From NCBI GenBank assembly GCA_963701295.1, contig OY969585.1, positions 1,056,001-1,120,000 of the forward strand: a stretch of 64,000 bases of DNA. Direction: 5' to 3'. Positions within the stretch are counted from its first letter, which is position 1; every line of letters starts with the position of its first letter. The notes under the pieces were generated by a model. It was given only the letters and a program-made list of their open reading frames with translations. It made no database searches and was not told the DNA's origin. Shown here piece after piece: positions 52,092 through 61,257 of the stretch. The position numbers were made by a program, and so were the translations under genes. Source of the DNA: Ignavibacteriota bacterium. GTDB lineage: Bacteria; Bacteroidota; Ignavibacteria; UBA10030.

Positions 52092-52814
52092 CTAGCCAAA
52101 GCAAATGAAATAATCGAGTGATATACCAAGCAGCCAATGTGTTGTGATCGCGGGCCAGATTGATTTGGAGCGAAACACTAATATTCCCCACACTAAAGCG
52201 CCGAGAATGGAGCTGTAAATTTCGCTATCCGGTTTTCCAATGTGGACGATACATGAAAGGGCAACTTGTACAAAAATAGCGCCCCATATGCCAAACCGCG
52301 GTGTCAATCCGGTCTGCATAAAACCACGGAAAAATATTTCCCAGCTGATGTAAAATATAAGATAGGCAAAAGCATGTATCACAAATAGCTGCATAGAATC
52401 ACCGGCACCTTTGTACAGCGGATATTCTGCAATATATTGTGGGTCTTTGGATGATGGATAGGAAAGCCCAATCATTACTGCCCCTACGATGAGCGCTGCC
52501 GGAACCCAAAATTTCCAATCGCCAACTTGCAATCCATAATCAGTAAGTGATTCCTTAAACACTAATTTGATGATAGCGATGGAAGATACACCTAGTAAAA
52601 CGAAGGCAGAAAAATAGTTGTACCACTCTGCTGTCATCGCAGCACTGTTGAATAAAACGAACGTGCTGCTAAGATGAGCAAGGTAAAACGATTTGGTACC
52701 GTAGTACTTCCAAGTAGTCAGGACAATCGGAGCGATGAGGAGAATGAATATTGGTTTTTTATTCTCTTTGGAAAAAAGGCCGGGAAGAGAAAAGAAGTCT
52801 TCGAATCTGTTCAT
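52092..52814 (-). CDS. CPBP/CAAX-family intramembrane glutamic protease
   Basis: WEIFFRG, HIGKP..E, SIW....HW; start trimmed to ATG 52814. Confidence 0.8.
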   Translation of the reverse strand: MNRFEDFFSLPGLFSKENKKPIFILLIAPIVLTTWKYYGTKSFYLAHLSSTFVLFNSAAMTAEWYNYFSAFVLLGVSSIAIIKLVFKESLTDYGLQVGDWKFWVPAALIVGAVMIGLSYPSSKDPQYIAEYPLYKGAGDSMQLFVIHAFAYLIFYISWEIFFRGFMQTGLTPRFGIWGAIFVQVALSCIVHIGKPDSEIYSSILGALVWGILVFRSKSIWPAITTHWLLGISLDYFICFG

Positions 52815-52816
52815 GA

Positions 52817-53830
52817 TTATTTCTTTTTGAGTTGACGTTGTTGGAGAATCCATTCGTACGTTAAACGAATTCCTTCTTTGAGCGGCGTGAATACATAGCC
52901 AAGTTCTTGCTGGGCTTTTGCGCACGAGTATGCCCAATCCTGCAAAAAGGTTTCTACCCAGCCGGTAGTTATCTGTGGGTAAACACCGAACGTATTGGCT
53001 GCAAATTTTTGGATACCGCCGTACGCAAGCCCAACTCTCGGTGGAAGATTCACTTGAAAATGCTTCTTGCCGCTGACTTCATCTACCAATTCGAAAAACC
53101 GTTTCAATGAGGCATTCTCGCCGCCAATAATATACCGCTCGCCGACGTGTCCTTTTTCCATAGCAAGAATGTGTCCGCGCACCAGATCGTCGACCAGTGC
53201 ATAATTTCCGATGTTGACGCCGCGGTTTAGGAGAATCGGTACTTGACCTCGATCGTATTGATCTATCATCAAGCTCACAGAGTTACCTTCAGTCAGTTTC
53301 CCAGGACCATATACACGCGTGGGGTTCACGATAACAACAGGAAATCCTTCCGCGGCAAACTTGATTGCTTCTTGCTCTGCGAGAGCTTTCGTTTCTTCAT
53401 ATTCTGTATAATATTTTTTGGTAATCCGCGGCATTGTTTCATCGCCGATAACCCCAGGTGAAGTTGGTCCAAATGTAACAATCGTAGATGTCCATATGAC
53501 ACGTTGAACTCCGGTTTGTTTGGAAGCCTCAAAGACATTCCGCATACCAATGACATTATGGTCATAAAAAATCTTCTGATCAGGTGCCCAGTTTTTCGCA
53601 TATGCTGCAAGATGAAAGACGTGTGTACAATCTTTCATTCCTGCGACAAGCGAATCACGATTCATGATGTCACCCTGCACCAGCTTAATATGCTCATGAT
53701 CGAGTCCTTCGCGGTTGCTTTTTGCGCGTGTCAGTGCGTGTACAGTGTGTCCTTGTCGGATAAGTTCGTTCACAAGCTTTGTGCCGATAAATCCTGAAGC
53801 GCCGGTTACAAAAATAGTTGTCGGATTCAT
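52817..53830 (-). CDS. NAD-dependent SDR (dihydroflavonol-reductase/HpnA-like)
   Basis: VTGASGFIG, FHLAA, YEETK, VNPTRVYGPG, GERYI. Confidence 0.85.
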   Translation of the reverse strand: MNPTTIFVTGASGFIGTKLVNELIRQGHTVHALTRAKSNREGLDHEHIKLVQGDIMNRDSLVAGMKDCTHVFHLAAYAKNWAPDQKIFYDHNVIGMRNVFEASKQTGVQRVIWTSTIVTFGPTSPGVIGDETMPRITKKYYTEYEETKALAEQEAIKFAAEGFPVVIVNPTRVYGPGKLTEGNSVSLMIDQYDRGQVPILLNRGVNIGNYALVDDLVRGHILAMEKGHVGERYIIGGENASLKRFFELVDEVSGKKHFQVNLPPRVGLAYGGIQKFAANTFGVYPQITTGWVETFLQDWAYSCAKAQQELGYVFTPLKEGIRLTYEWILQQRQLKKK

Positions 53831-54213
53831 AATATTAGTAAGGGCGGATAGCAATCCACCTCAGAAGCGATGTAATCATCACCCAATGAAAATAGATGTT
53901 CAGCTTGTGAGCAAGGTAAAAAAAAAAGAGGCAAGAGACAACGAAGAATTTTGAATTCTGCTCATTTGGAAAAACATCTCTTCTATGAGAGCAAATAATT
54001 CGTACTAAAAAAACCGTACAACTTTTGCTGCACGAACTCTCCTTCACTTGCCCGCTCTATCTTTTACTCATGTTTTACTAGATTAACCATCACGTTTGTA
54101 TCATGTTTGGCCATTTTGTATTTTATTTTTTTCTAATGCATGAAATACTTGCAATTGAATATTCCTTGTAATATAATGAATCATTCATCTATTTACTTAT
54201 CCATGGAGTGTGC

Positions 54214-54597
54214 ATGAAATACGTACTTCTCTTTATTCTCGCATTGTCTTTTATTTCGTGTCAAGAAATCGTTAACACTCCGCCGCCTACATATGTTTTG
54301 AAACAGAATTATCCTAATCCATTTACCGATACAACAAGGATTATCTACGGCGTTCCTTCTGTTGGAGCAAATGCTACAGGACCGCACGTACGCCTCATTA
54401 TAAAAGATCGATTTAATTATACAGAAGCCACACTTATTGATACCTACAATCATCCGGCGGGGGTGGATACTGTGGTGTGGAACGGCCGTGGAGCAAATTA
54501 TCAAAAAGTTCCTGCCGGGTTATATTACATCGAACTTCAACAATTAACTGAAGGTGATGTGTATGTTCAAGGCCGTCAGGTCGCACTGAAACAATAG
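54214..54597 (+). CDS. Lipoprotein consisting of a T9SS-CTD/FlgD-Ig-like domain
   Basis: Lipobox FISC; QNYPNPF, WNG, PAGLYY. Confidence 0.65.
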   Translation: MKYVLLFILALSFISCQEIVNTPPPTYVLKQNYPNPFTDTTRIIYGVPSVGANATGPHVRLIIKDRFNYTEATLIDTYNHPAGVDTVVWNGRGANYQKVPAGLYYIELQQLTEGDVYVQGRQVALKQ

Positions 54598-54607
54598 GGA
54601 ATCTGCA

Positions 54608-55330
54608 ATGAGAACAATTCTCTTTTTTCTCTCTTTGGTATTGCTTCTACAGTCATTGCAAGCACAAGATACCATCTCTTCTTCCACTCTTTTAAAATAT
54701 AAACTTTCACTCAGTTACGGAATCAATGCTATCAATCCGAGTGATATAAATGACCATATATCAACATCAAACGATGTGTTTGGAAGTACGACAGCAACCA
54801 TAAAATCAATTTCTGAAATTGCAGCAACATTTTCTGTGCGTCCACTGCAAGACAATCAAATTCTTCTTTTTCGCGGCGGATACATGTCGATCCAGCGCTC
54901 CTTTCAAGTTTCTATTCCGGAAACACAAAACAGTCCGGTGGCAACAGGGTATACCACAGGCACTATTAAGGAAATCTATACGGCATATCCTCTTTCCATT
55001 GGTGTCGGACTTGCGTCGTTCACATTCGATTCACAAATTCAAATAGAATTTATTTATGGACTGGGATATATCAACGAAGAAACATCCTACACATCTTCAA
55101 CAGGTAAAGGGACATCCTATTCAAAATCATTCTTCAGCCCGGCGTACGGTTTTAGGATTGCCGGACAAACAACGGTCCGATTTTCAGACAAAATCGGTAT
55201 CACACTTGAACTTGGGTACCGCGGACTTGCCTTTGATGAATATGAAGAAGACACTTCTACCCAACCTGCAAATATTAAATTTTCGTATTCTGGTCTGAGT
55301 GGCTCTGTCGGATTGTCGATTATTTTTTAA
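54608..55330 (+). CDS. Outer-membrane beta-barrel protein
   Basis: Signal peptide, amphipathic strands, ELGYR, terminal VGLSIIF. Confidence 0.6.
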   Translation: MRTILFFLSLVLLLQSLQAQDTISSSTLLKYKLSLSYGINAINPSDINDHISTSNDVFGSTTATIKSISEIAATFSVRPLQDNQILLFRGGYMSIQRSFQVSIPETQNSPVATGYTTGTIKEIYTAYPLSIGVGLASFTFDSQIQIEFIYGLGYINEETSYTSSTGKGTSYSKSFFSPAYGFRIAGQTTVRFSDKIGITLELGYRGLAFDEYEEDTSTQPANIKFSYSGLSGSVGLSIIF

Positions 55331-55476
55331 CTTAATTTCTACAATATATTGAATGTGGCAACCATGAAAATGTCTGTTGCATGAATTGTACTTCGCCGCT
55401 GCCGATTAGTACTTAATGATATTCCTATCAAGATGGATTTATCAAATGCATGGGGTAGCATTTTCGCCACAGACAA

Positions 55477-55806
55477 CTACTTCACGATATAGTGCATCTG
55501 TGTCAATTTTTCAGTGACACGTGTGCGTTGATCTCCCTGTATTTCGATTTTTCCTTCTTTGACTGTTCCCCCGGCTCCGCAATATTGTTTTAATATCCGG
55601 CTGATTTCTTCCATTGTTGTCGGATTATGCCGCAAGCCACTCACGATTGTAACACTCTTTCCTTTTCTTCCATGCATATCCAGCAAAACATGAACAATGC
55701 TGCCTTTTCCGTCGTGTTGATCTCTTGGAGGGGCAGTACGAACCGGTTGCGGTTCGTTGAGTTGCTCTAAATCGAAGAGAGAGCGATATTTCTTTCGATA
55801 TTCCAT
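55477..55806 (-). CDS. yciH: Translation initiation factor SUI1/YciH family
   Basis: GRKGKSVT.V.G, LK..CGAGGTVK...IEIQGD. Confidence 0.88.
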   Translation of the reverse strand: MEYRKKYRSLFDLEQLNEPQPVRTAPPRDQHDGKGSIVHVLLDMHGRKGKSVTIVSGLRHNPTTMEEISRILKQYCGAGGTVKEGKIEIQGDQRTRVTEKLTQMHYIVK

Positions 55807-55834
55807 GTGCGATATTCTCTCTTGACTTCCCAAA

Positions 55835-55993
55835 CTATTTCAATCCGCGTTTCTTTTTCTCTATAACAACCTGAGCATCCACAGGAGCAGCGCAGAGAGG
55901 ACACACGTAACGCCGCATGGTTTCATTGAAGTCGGGTTCATGAACCTGCTTGCAGTTCGGACATCGTATTAAAAGCGGTTTTTCCTCTTTCAT
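55835..55993 (-). CDS. Zn-ribbon microprotein (52 aa), absent from the ORF track
   Basis: Hand translation MKEEKPLLIRCPNCKQVHEPDFNETMRRYVCPLCAAPVDAQVVIEKKKRGLK*; two CxxC; fills the gap between co-oriented genes. Confidence 0.7.
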   Translation of the reverse strand: MKEEKPLLIRCPNCKQVHEPDFNETMRRYVCPLCAAPVDAQVVIEKKKRGLK

Positions 55994-56014
55994 CTTCGCT
56001 ATCTTATTCCTTCA

Positions 56015-57088
56015 TTAACTTGTTTTTCTTTTCTTCGATACAAGAGGAATATTCTCAACGGGCGTTTCCGGTCCGAGTAATACTGCAAGCCACCGTGTTT
56101 GTTCATTGTTCTCTAATGCAAATTTTAATGTCATGGTGAACGGGATGCACAAAACCATACCGATCAGGCCGAGCAAGTTACCCCAGAAAATTAATGAAAG
56201 AAAAACAACGAGTGTCGACAAACCAACACCGCGTCCTACGAGTTTTGGTTCAACAGCTGTGCCAATAATAAAATTTACTGCTATATACCCACCGGCCGCA
56301 AGCGCTGCCTGACCCGGTCCGTATTGGATAAGAGTGAGAAGTACTGCGGGTACAGCAGCAATCACAACCCCGAGACTTGGCACATAATTAAGCAGGAAAG
56401 CCAAAAACCCCCAGAGCACCGGAAAATCTACGCCGAGAATGGACATCCAAATTCCAATAAGGATACCTGTCGTTACGCTGACACCGGTCTTGATAAGCAT
56501 ATAATGATTAATATCATCGATAAATTTTCGGAACTGTGAAAATTCTGCTTTTGGATCATCGAGAATAGCACGAAGCTTAACGGGAAAACTTGAGACCTCG
56601 AGCAAGATAAATGTGACCGTGAGCAGGATGAGAAACATGCTGGAAAGTGTTGAAGTTAATCCTGAAAGCAAGCTGGCAGTTAAACCCATCACCGCTCCCA
56701 GATTGGCATATTCGAGCACAGCATTATCCTTGATCGTGAATCCTTTGTTTGCCAAGAATCCTCTCAGTGCTTGGACTTCCTCCTGTATGCGCTGCTGATA
56801 AAACGGCATGCTATCAGAAAAGTGAGCGAGCGATGTGCCGACGAGTCCGCCGATCATAAGCAGGATAGCGACCATACACGCTAGAACTGCCAGCACGGCA
56901 AGAACAGAGGGAATTCGCTTCTCTTTGAGCCACAGTACCAGCGGCGCTCCGATGACTGCAAGGAACAGAGCGACGAGCATGAGCACCAGAACAGATTGTG
57001 CCTGAACAATGCCCCAGACAATAATGACAAGTGATGCCGCGACAACGAGTAAGTTCGTTCCGCGTTGAGTGTTAATTTCTTTATTCAT
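56015..57088 (-). CDS. AI-2E family transporter
   Basis: Multiple TMs; LNYVP.LG, EPK..G..VGLS, WG.LLG..G..L.IP. Confidence 0.88.
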   Translation of the reverse strand: MNKEINTQRGTNLLVVAASLVIIVWGIVQAQSVLVLMLVALFLAVIGAPLVLWLKEKRIPSVLAVLAVLACMVAILLMIGGLVGTSLAHFSDSMPFYQQRIQEEVQALRGFLANKGFTIKDNAVLEYANLGAVMGLTASLLSGLTSTLSSMFLILLTVTFILLEVSSFPVKLRAILDDPKAEFSQFRKFIDDINHYMLIKTGVSVTTGILIGIWMSILGVDFPVLWGFLAFLLNYVPSLGVVIAAVPAVLLTLIQYGPGQAALAAGGYIAVNFIIGTAVEPKLVGRGVGLSTLVVFLSLIFWGNLLGLIGMVLCIPFTMTLKFALENNEQTRWLAVLLGPETPVENIPLVSKKRKTS

Positions 57089-57245
57089 ACAAAAATCTCT
57101 TTCCGAGTTCTTTGTGAACCCCTTCTTTATCTCGCCTTGAGAGGGGAGAGTTATTGCATTCTCTGGAGTGCATCCCACTAACTATCATAGAACATCATAA
57201 ATTAAATAAAAAAATGTATCTGTTTTCTTGAGAGAATGCAAGAGC

Positions 57246-57300
57246 AGATGGAAAGATGAAAACAGAAAATGAGAAATGCGAAATGGAAAAAATGAGGAAA
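57246..57300. repeat. Degenerate heptad repeat (AAATGNG-like)
   Basis: AGATGGA AAGATGA AAACAGA AAATGAG AAATGCG AAATGGA. Confidence 0.5.
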
Positions 57301-57356
57301 TCGCAGTACGGCGATTAGGTGAGAATTCTAACAGAAACGAGTCATCGTTCGTCCAA

Positions 57357-58499
57357 TTAATCGCCGCCGGCGGAAGAAACGGCATGCTTAGGTGAATCAA
57401 GGATACCCATAAAACGATCAATATTCTCAAAACTCCAATTTACTTTATTGCACAACACGATAATCGTTGTTTTATCGTGAAGTCTTCTCACAAAGATACT
57501 ACTATACCCACGCCACAAACCTGCATGGTACACAATCTTACTGCTGTCGTCAGCCGTCGTGATGCGCCATCCATAGCCGTAACTATTGTCGTTTCGCCAG
57601 TCATAGCTGAAAGGTGTATACGCTTCTTGAAGAGTTGTTTGTTTGACTAATCGTTCGGTGTACAGCGCCTGGTCCCACTTAAACATATCTTCCACGGTGG
57701 AGTAGATCCCTTTATCTCCGATCACACCGCTTAAATAATCTTCCTCCGCTCTGCGTCTATTTTTCTTGTATCCTGATGTATGGTATTCGACGTCTGACAT
57801 ATTCTTCGTGTTATAGATAAACGTCCTCTTCATGCCGAGCGGCTTGAAAATCCGTTTTTCCAGAAATGTATGGAACTGTAATCCCGATACCTGTTCAACG
57901 ATAAGCGCTAGGATCACATACCCTGTATTGTTGTATATGTATTTTCGATCCGGTACAAAAACCAATCCTGGATGATACGTGTTCAACATATCCATAACGT
58001 CATCGTTGCTCATGAGAAGTCTCTTATTCTTCCAGTACCGTTTGGCGAAACTCATATATTCTGGCAATCCAGAGCGATGCGTAAGCAATTGGCGAATGGT
58101 TATATCATGATAAGGAAATCCAGGAAAGAATCGCTGCAGCGTATCGGTAAAGTTGAGCTTACCTTCATCGTGCAGCATCATAATCGCCATTGCTGTAAAC
58201 TGTTTCGTTATTGAGGCGAGTTGGAAGGAGGATTCAATATTGAGCGCCGTTTTCTTTTTCAGGTCGGCATAACCGAAAGCGTTTTTATAGATAACTTTCC
58301 CTCTCAGCGCAATCAGTACGTTACCGTTAAAGCCTCTCTTTGTCGAAAGGACTTGAAAGAGGGAATCTATCCTGAAGACGATGTCGCCAGATGCGTGATC
58401 GTTAGCCGAAATATTGCCGGAGATTGTTGATGAAGTTGTATCGTTCGTAAAACATGCGGAGAACAACGACAGCAAGAAGCAGAAAATAATGGAAATCAT
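57357..58499 (-). CDS. Serine hydrolase (class C beta-lactamase/PBP-like)
   Basis: FQLASITKQF (SxxK), LLTHRSG, YNNTGY, YGYGW, HAG. Confidence 0.88.
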   Translation of the reverse strand: MISIIFCFLLSLFSACFTNDTTSSTISGNISANDHASGDIVFRIDSLFQVLSTKRGFNGNVLIALRGKVIYKNAFGYADLKKKTALNIESSFQLASITKQFTAMAIMMLHDEGKLNFTDTLQRFFPGFPYHDITIRQLLTHRSGLPEYMSFAKRYWKNKRLLMSNDDVMDMLNTYHPGLVFVPDRKYIYNNTGYVILALIVEQVSGLQFHTFLEKRIFKPLGMKRTFIYNTKNMSDVEYHTSGYKKNRRRAEEDYLSGVIGDKGIYSTVEDMFKWDQALYTERLVKQTTLQEAYTPFSYDWRNDNSYGYGWRITTADDSSKIVYHAGLWRGYSSIFVRRLHDKTTIIVLCNKVNWSFENIDRFMGILDSPKHAVSSAGGD

Positions 58500-58733
58500 T
58501 TCAAGTTAACCATATAAAATTAAATAACCTGTCATCATAGTACGGGAATATCGATGAGGTGTCAAGAGATGCCAGCTTTTATTCTCTCCTGAAAAGAAAA
58601 TGAGAATATATTGAACAGCCTTTACCATTGAGAAAAACGACAAGAGAAAACGAAAACAGGTTTGGATAAAGAATAAATCGGCAGGATCAATGATAGTGTA
58701 TTTTCGTAGATGACCATAATAATCATATCGTTA

Positions 58734-59987
58734 TTACTTTTGTTGGGTACTTTTTTGTGTGTGCAGTATATACGCGAATACACCGAATGCACGTATTGCC
58801 TGCGATTGCGGATGCACTGTTCCTACTTCATCAACTTTGTACCCATCCTCGCCGCCGTTTGGATTCCATCCGTTTCGGATGCCATCGTCTATGAGGCGAT
58901 GAAGTGTTATCGCTGCATCGCCGTGATGGTTCGTCCACACGTGTTCCAGCATTTTCTCAATTTTACTTGGAATGTCAGGCAGCTGGTTAGGTGCGATCTG
59001 GTACGCATCCAGAATAAAATGAACGAAAGCCCCATTTCCATCCATCCGCAGTTGGTAATAATCGTTCGAATCGATCCAACCGTTAGCCGGATCCATAATG
59101 CGGCGTGCTGTTTCAACAACAATCTTTTTGTACTTCGCCTCTCTGGTCATTCGGAACATCGCCGCCCCGATCGCACACATCCCTGCTCCGTCCCATGGAA
59201 ACTGTTTGCCGAAAGCCGCCTGTCCTTCGTTGCCTTGCCATTTTCCATTGCCTCGGTAGGACTGTTTCACCACTCCCGGATACTTTGTATCGCCGTTCCA
59301 CAGCAGCATGGCATCTATGTAAAATTGTTGTTCATGTGTGGCTTCGTACAGCCAGCATGCAACAGTCGCCATCTGGTTCATATTGCTGTTCGTGAATATT
59401 CTGAAGTTCCCCTGTGTATTCGGTGCATAGTTATACCAACTCCAAAATCCTTCGTGATGAGAGAGTCGTCCCTCACGCTTTGCTTCCAGATATCTGTTCT
59501 TTGCATCATCCACCCATTGCATATTCTTTCTTCCGGACATATCCCACCAATACATTTCTGATAAACAGATCCACGCACGATTGTCCACCCAAGCTCCATT
59601 CTGCATATCGAGAAGTCTATATGTATTGGTATATAAAGAAAGCAGGTTCTCATCACCGGTTGCAGCATAAAGATACGCATCTCCAATAGCGCCATTCGCA
59701 CCTTCCCATGCTGCATTATAAACTTGATGGAAAAGTTTATCAATCGCGTATGTGCGCTGCACTATACGTTGAAAAAGATCAGGTGCAGGTGAATCCTGCA
59801 TTATCGCTTTTTGAACGACGGGTGTGTCCTTTGTCCCGAATAAGCCACCTTTGGTAAGAATGTAAACTGCAGCAAGAATAGTAAGCAGAGCGATACCGCT
59901 GAGCGTAATTATTTTCAAGCGGAAGATTGATTTTCTTTTCAGTTTTTGTTCATTGACGGCTAGTTGTTTTTTTCGTTTCGTAGACAT
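58734..59987 (-). CDS. Membrane-anchored GH76-like (alpha/alpha)6 protein
   Basis: N-terminal TM; WVDNRAW where GH76 has DD..W; NSN.N, A..L, DGNG.F. Confidence 0.5.
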   Translation of the reverse strand: MSTKRKKQLAVNEQKLKRKSIFRLKIITLSGIALLTILAAVYILTKGGLFGTKDTPVVQKAIMQDSPAPDLFQRIVQRTYAIDKLFHQVYNAAWEGANGAIGDAYLYAATGDENLLSLYTNTYRLLDMQNGAWVDNRAWICLSEMYWWDMSGRKNMQWVDDAKNRYLEAKREGRLSHHEGFWSWYNYAPNTQGNFRIFTNSNMNQMATVACWLYEATHEQQFYIDAMLLWNGDTKYPGVVKQSYRGNGKWQGNEGQAAFGKQFPWDGAGMCAIGAAMFRMTREAKYKKIVVETARRIMDPANGWIDSNDYYQLRMDGNGAFVHFILDAYQIAPNQLPDIPSKIEKMLEHVWTNHHGDAAITLHRLIDDGIRNGWNPNGGEDGYKVDEVGTVHPQSQAIRAFGVFAYILHTQKSTQQK

Positions 59988-60152
59988 AGGAAAGAGATTA
60001 AATTCTGCCGTTATAGCATTCGCTGTCTCCAATGTACATCTAAAGTATGTCGGAGTTCTATTATGTTACCAATGATTTTTGCTCAAAATGTAGACAAAAG
60101 GGAGTCGAACTTCAAGGAGGAAACGGGAATTTAGAAAGATGAAAGCATCAAA

Positions 60153-60481
60153 TTGGATTTACGTTTTGCTACAGAAGGTACATGCGGTTTCCATAACGAT
60201 CACGGTATCGAATCACGGCTCATCAAAAAAGTATTCGAAGGCAGATCAAATATTGTTGACGCTATTAAAAACGGAGAGGTTCAATTGGTTATCAACACTC
60301 TAGCCGATAAAATGAACGAGTTTGATGATTCGTACATCAGAAAAATTGCGATAAAATATAGAATCCAATATATTGCAACAAAAGATACTGCTCTCGCTGC
60401 TATAATAGAAATCAAAGCAAGGTGGAATGGAACATATTCGATAAAGTCACACTACAGGAATATCACGCTGGAATTAAATGA
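60153..60481 (+). pseudogene. carB: Degenerate 3' fragment (MGS domain) of the carbamoyl-phosphate synthase large subunit
   Basis: ATEGT...GI...K..EGR.NIVDAIKNGE.QLVINT....DDSYIRK.AIKY; removing 2 nt near 60450 restores KSLQEYHAGIK*; no upstream carB body. Confidence 0.8.
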
Positions 60482-60508
60482 TAAGCGAGATGGACGGATC
60501 GATACTCT

Positions 60509-61246
60509 TCACCTGTGGATTGAAGAATTGTGCAAATGCAGCATCGCATAGTATGCACCACCAAGAATCAATCCTATAAGTGGCACTATCAATCCGCATG
60601 CAATTTCATACCCATGGGGCGTTTCGGGCGTGAGTCGGATGGCAATATACGACGGCAATCCTCCAAGTATAAATGTTGCTATGTACGTAACAACACGGTT
60701 TTTCTGTGACAGTCCATGATAGAAAAAGAGACTTGCTACAAGGCCGTCGAAGAAAGGTATATGTTTCAATTCTTTTTGACTCCATGTATTCCATAACCAC
60801 ATCAAGTAAAGTGCGATGATAGTGCATATGATGCAATACAATCCCAGGAAAATAATCCAATAGATGTCAGTCGGCGTTCTATCGGTTGGACTTATTTGTG
60901 CTAATCGGATTCGATGCAGGCACAACACACCCAAGATCCATGCCGAGAGAAGAGCCATCGCTATGCGCGACCGTTCTGCAGAATGACCATGAAGCGCTGT
61001 TTTTAAGTCCTGATATCGTTGAACAATCGAAGGAAAGAGGGCCCTTTTTGTGAAGTATCCTTCAAGAATTCGCATGAAGTACAATGACGTCAATACAACG
61101 ATGACAAAAGCTGCAAGGGTCATCAGTACCCAATACGATCGGGCAAAGAACACAATCAATCCGACAAGAATCAGCAACACTTGGAATTCTTCGCGATGGT
61201 ACCACGTGAAAAAGAACAACTGTTGGTTTTGATTTGATTTCGTCAT
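60509..61246 (-). CDS. Hypothetical polytopic membrane protein
   Basis: About 6 hydrophobic segments; 11 nt from the upstream co-oriented ORF. Confidence 0.55.
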   Translation of the reverse strand: MTKSNQNQQLFFFTWYHREEFQVLLILVGLIVFFARSYWVLMTLAAFVIVVLTSLYFMRILEGYFTKRALFPSIVQRYQDLKTALHGHSAERSRIAMALLSAWILGVLCLHRIRLAQISPTDRTPTDIYWIIFLGLYCIICTIIALYLMWLWNTWSQKELKHIPFFDGLVASLFFYHGLSQKNRVVTYIATFILGGLPSYIAIRLTPETPHGYEIACGLIVPLIGLILGGAYYAMLHLHNSSIHR

Positions 61247-61257
61247 CGCATGTTCAC

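Noticed and set aside
53835-54047. 70-aa minus-strand ORF upstream of the SDR gene
   Set aside because: AT-rich divergent promoter region, weak start and no motifs
57185-57430. 81-aa minus-strand ORF with FRISHFLFSSFHL
   Set aside because: Its composition is explained by the heptad repeat tract, and it overlaps the serine hydrolase end
58710-59561. 283-aa plus-strand ORF
   Set aside because: Antisense to the GH76-like gene, with no recognisable features
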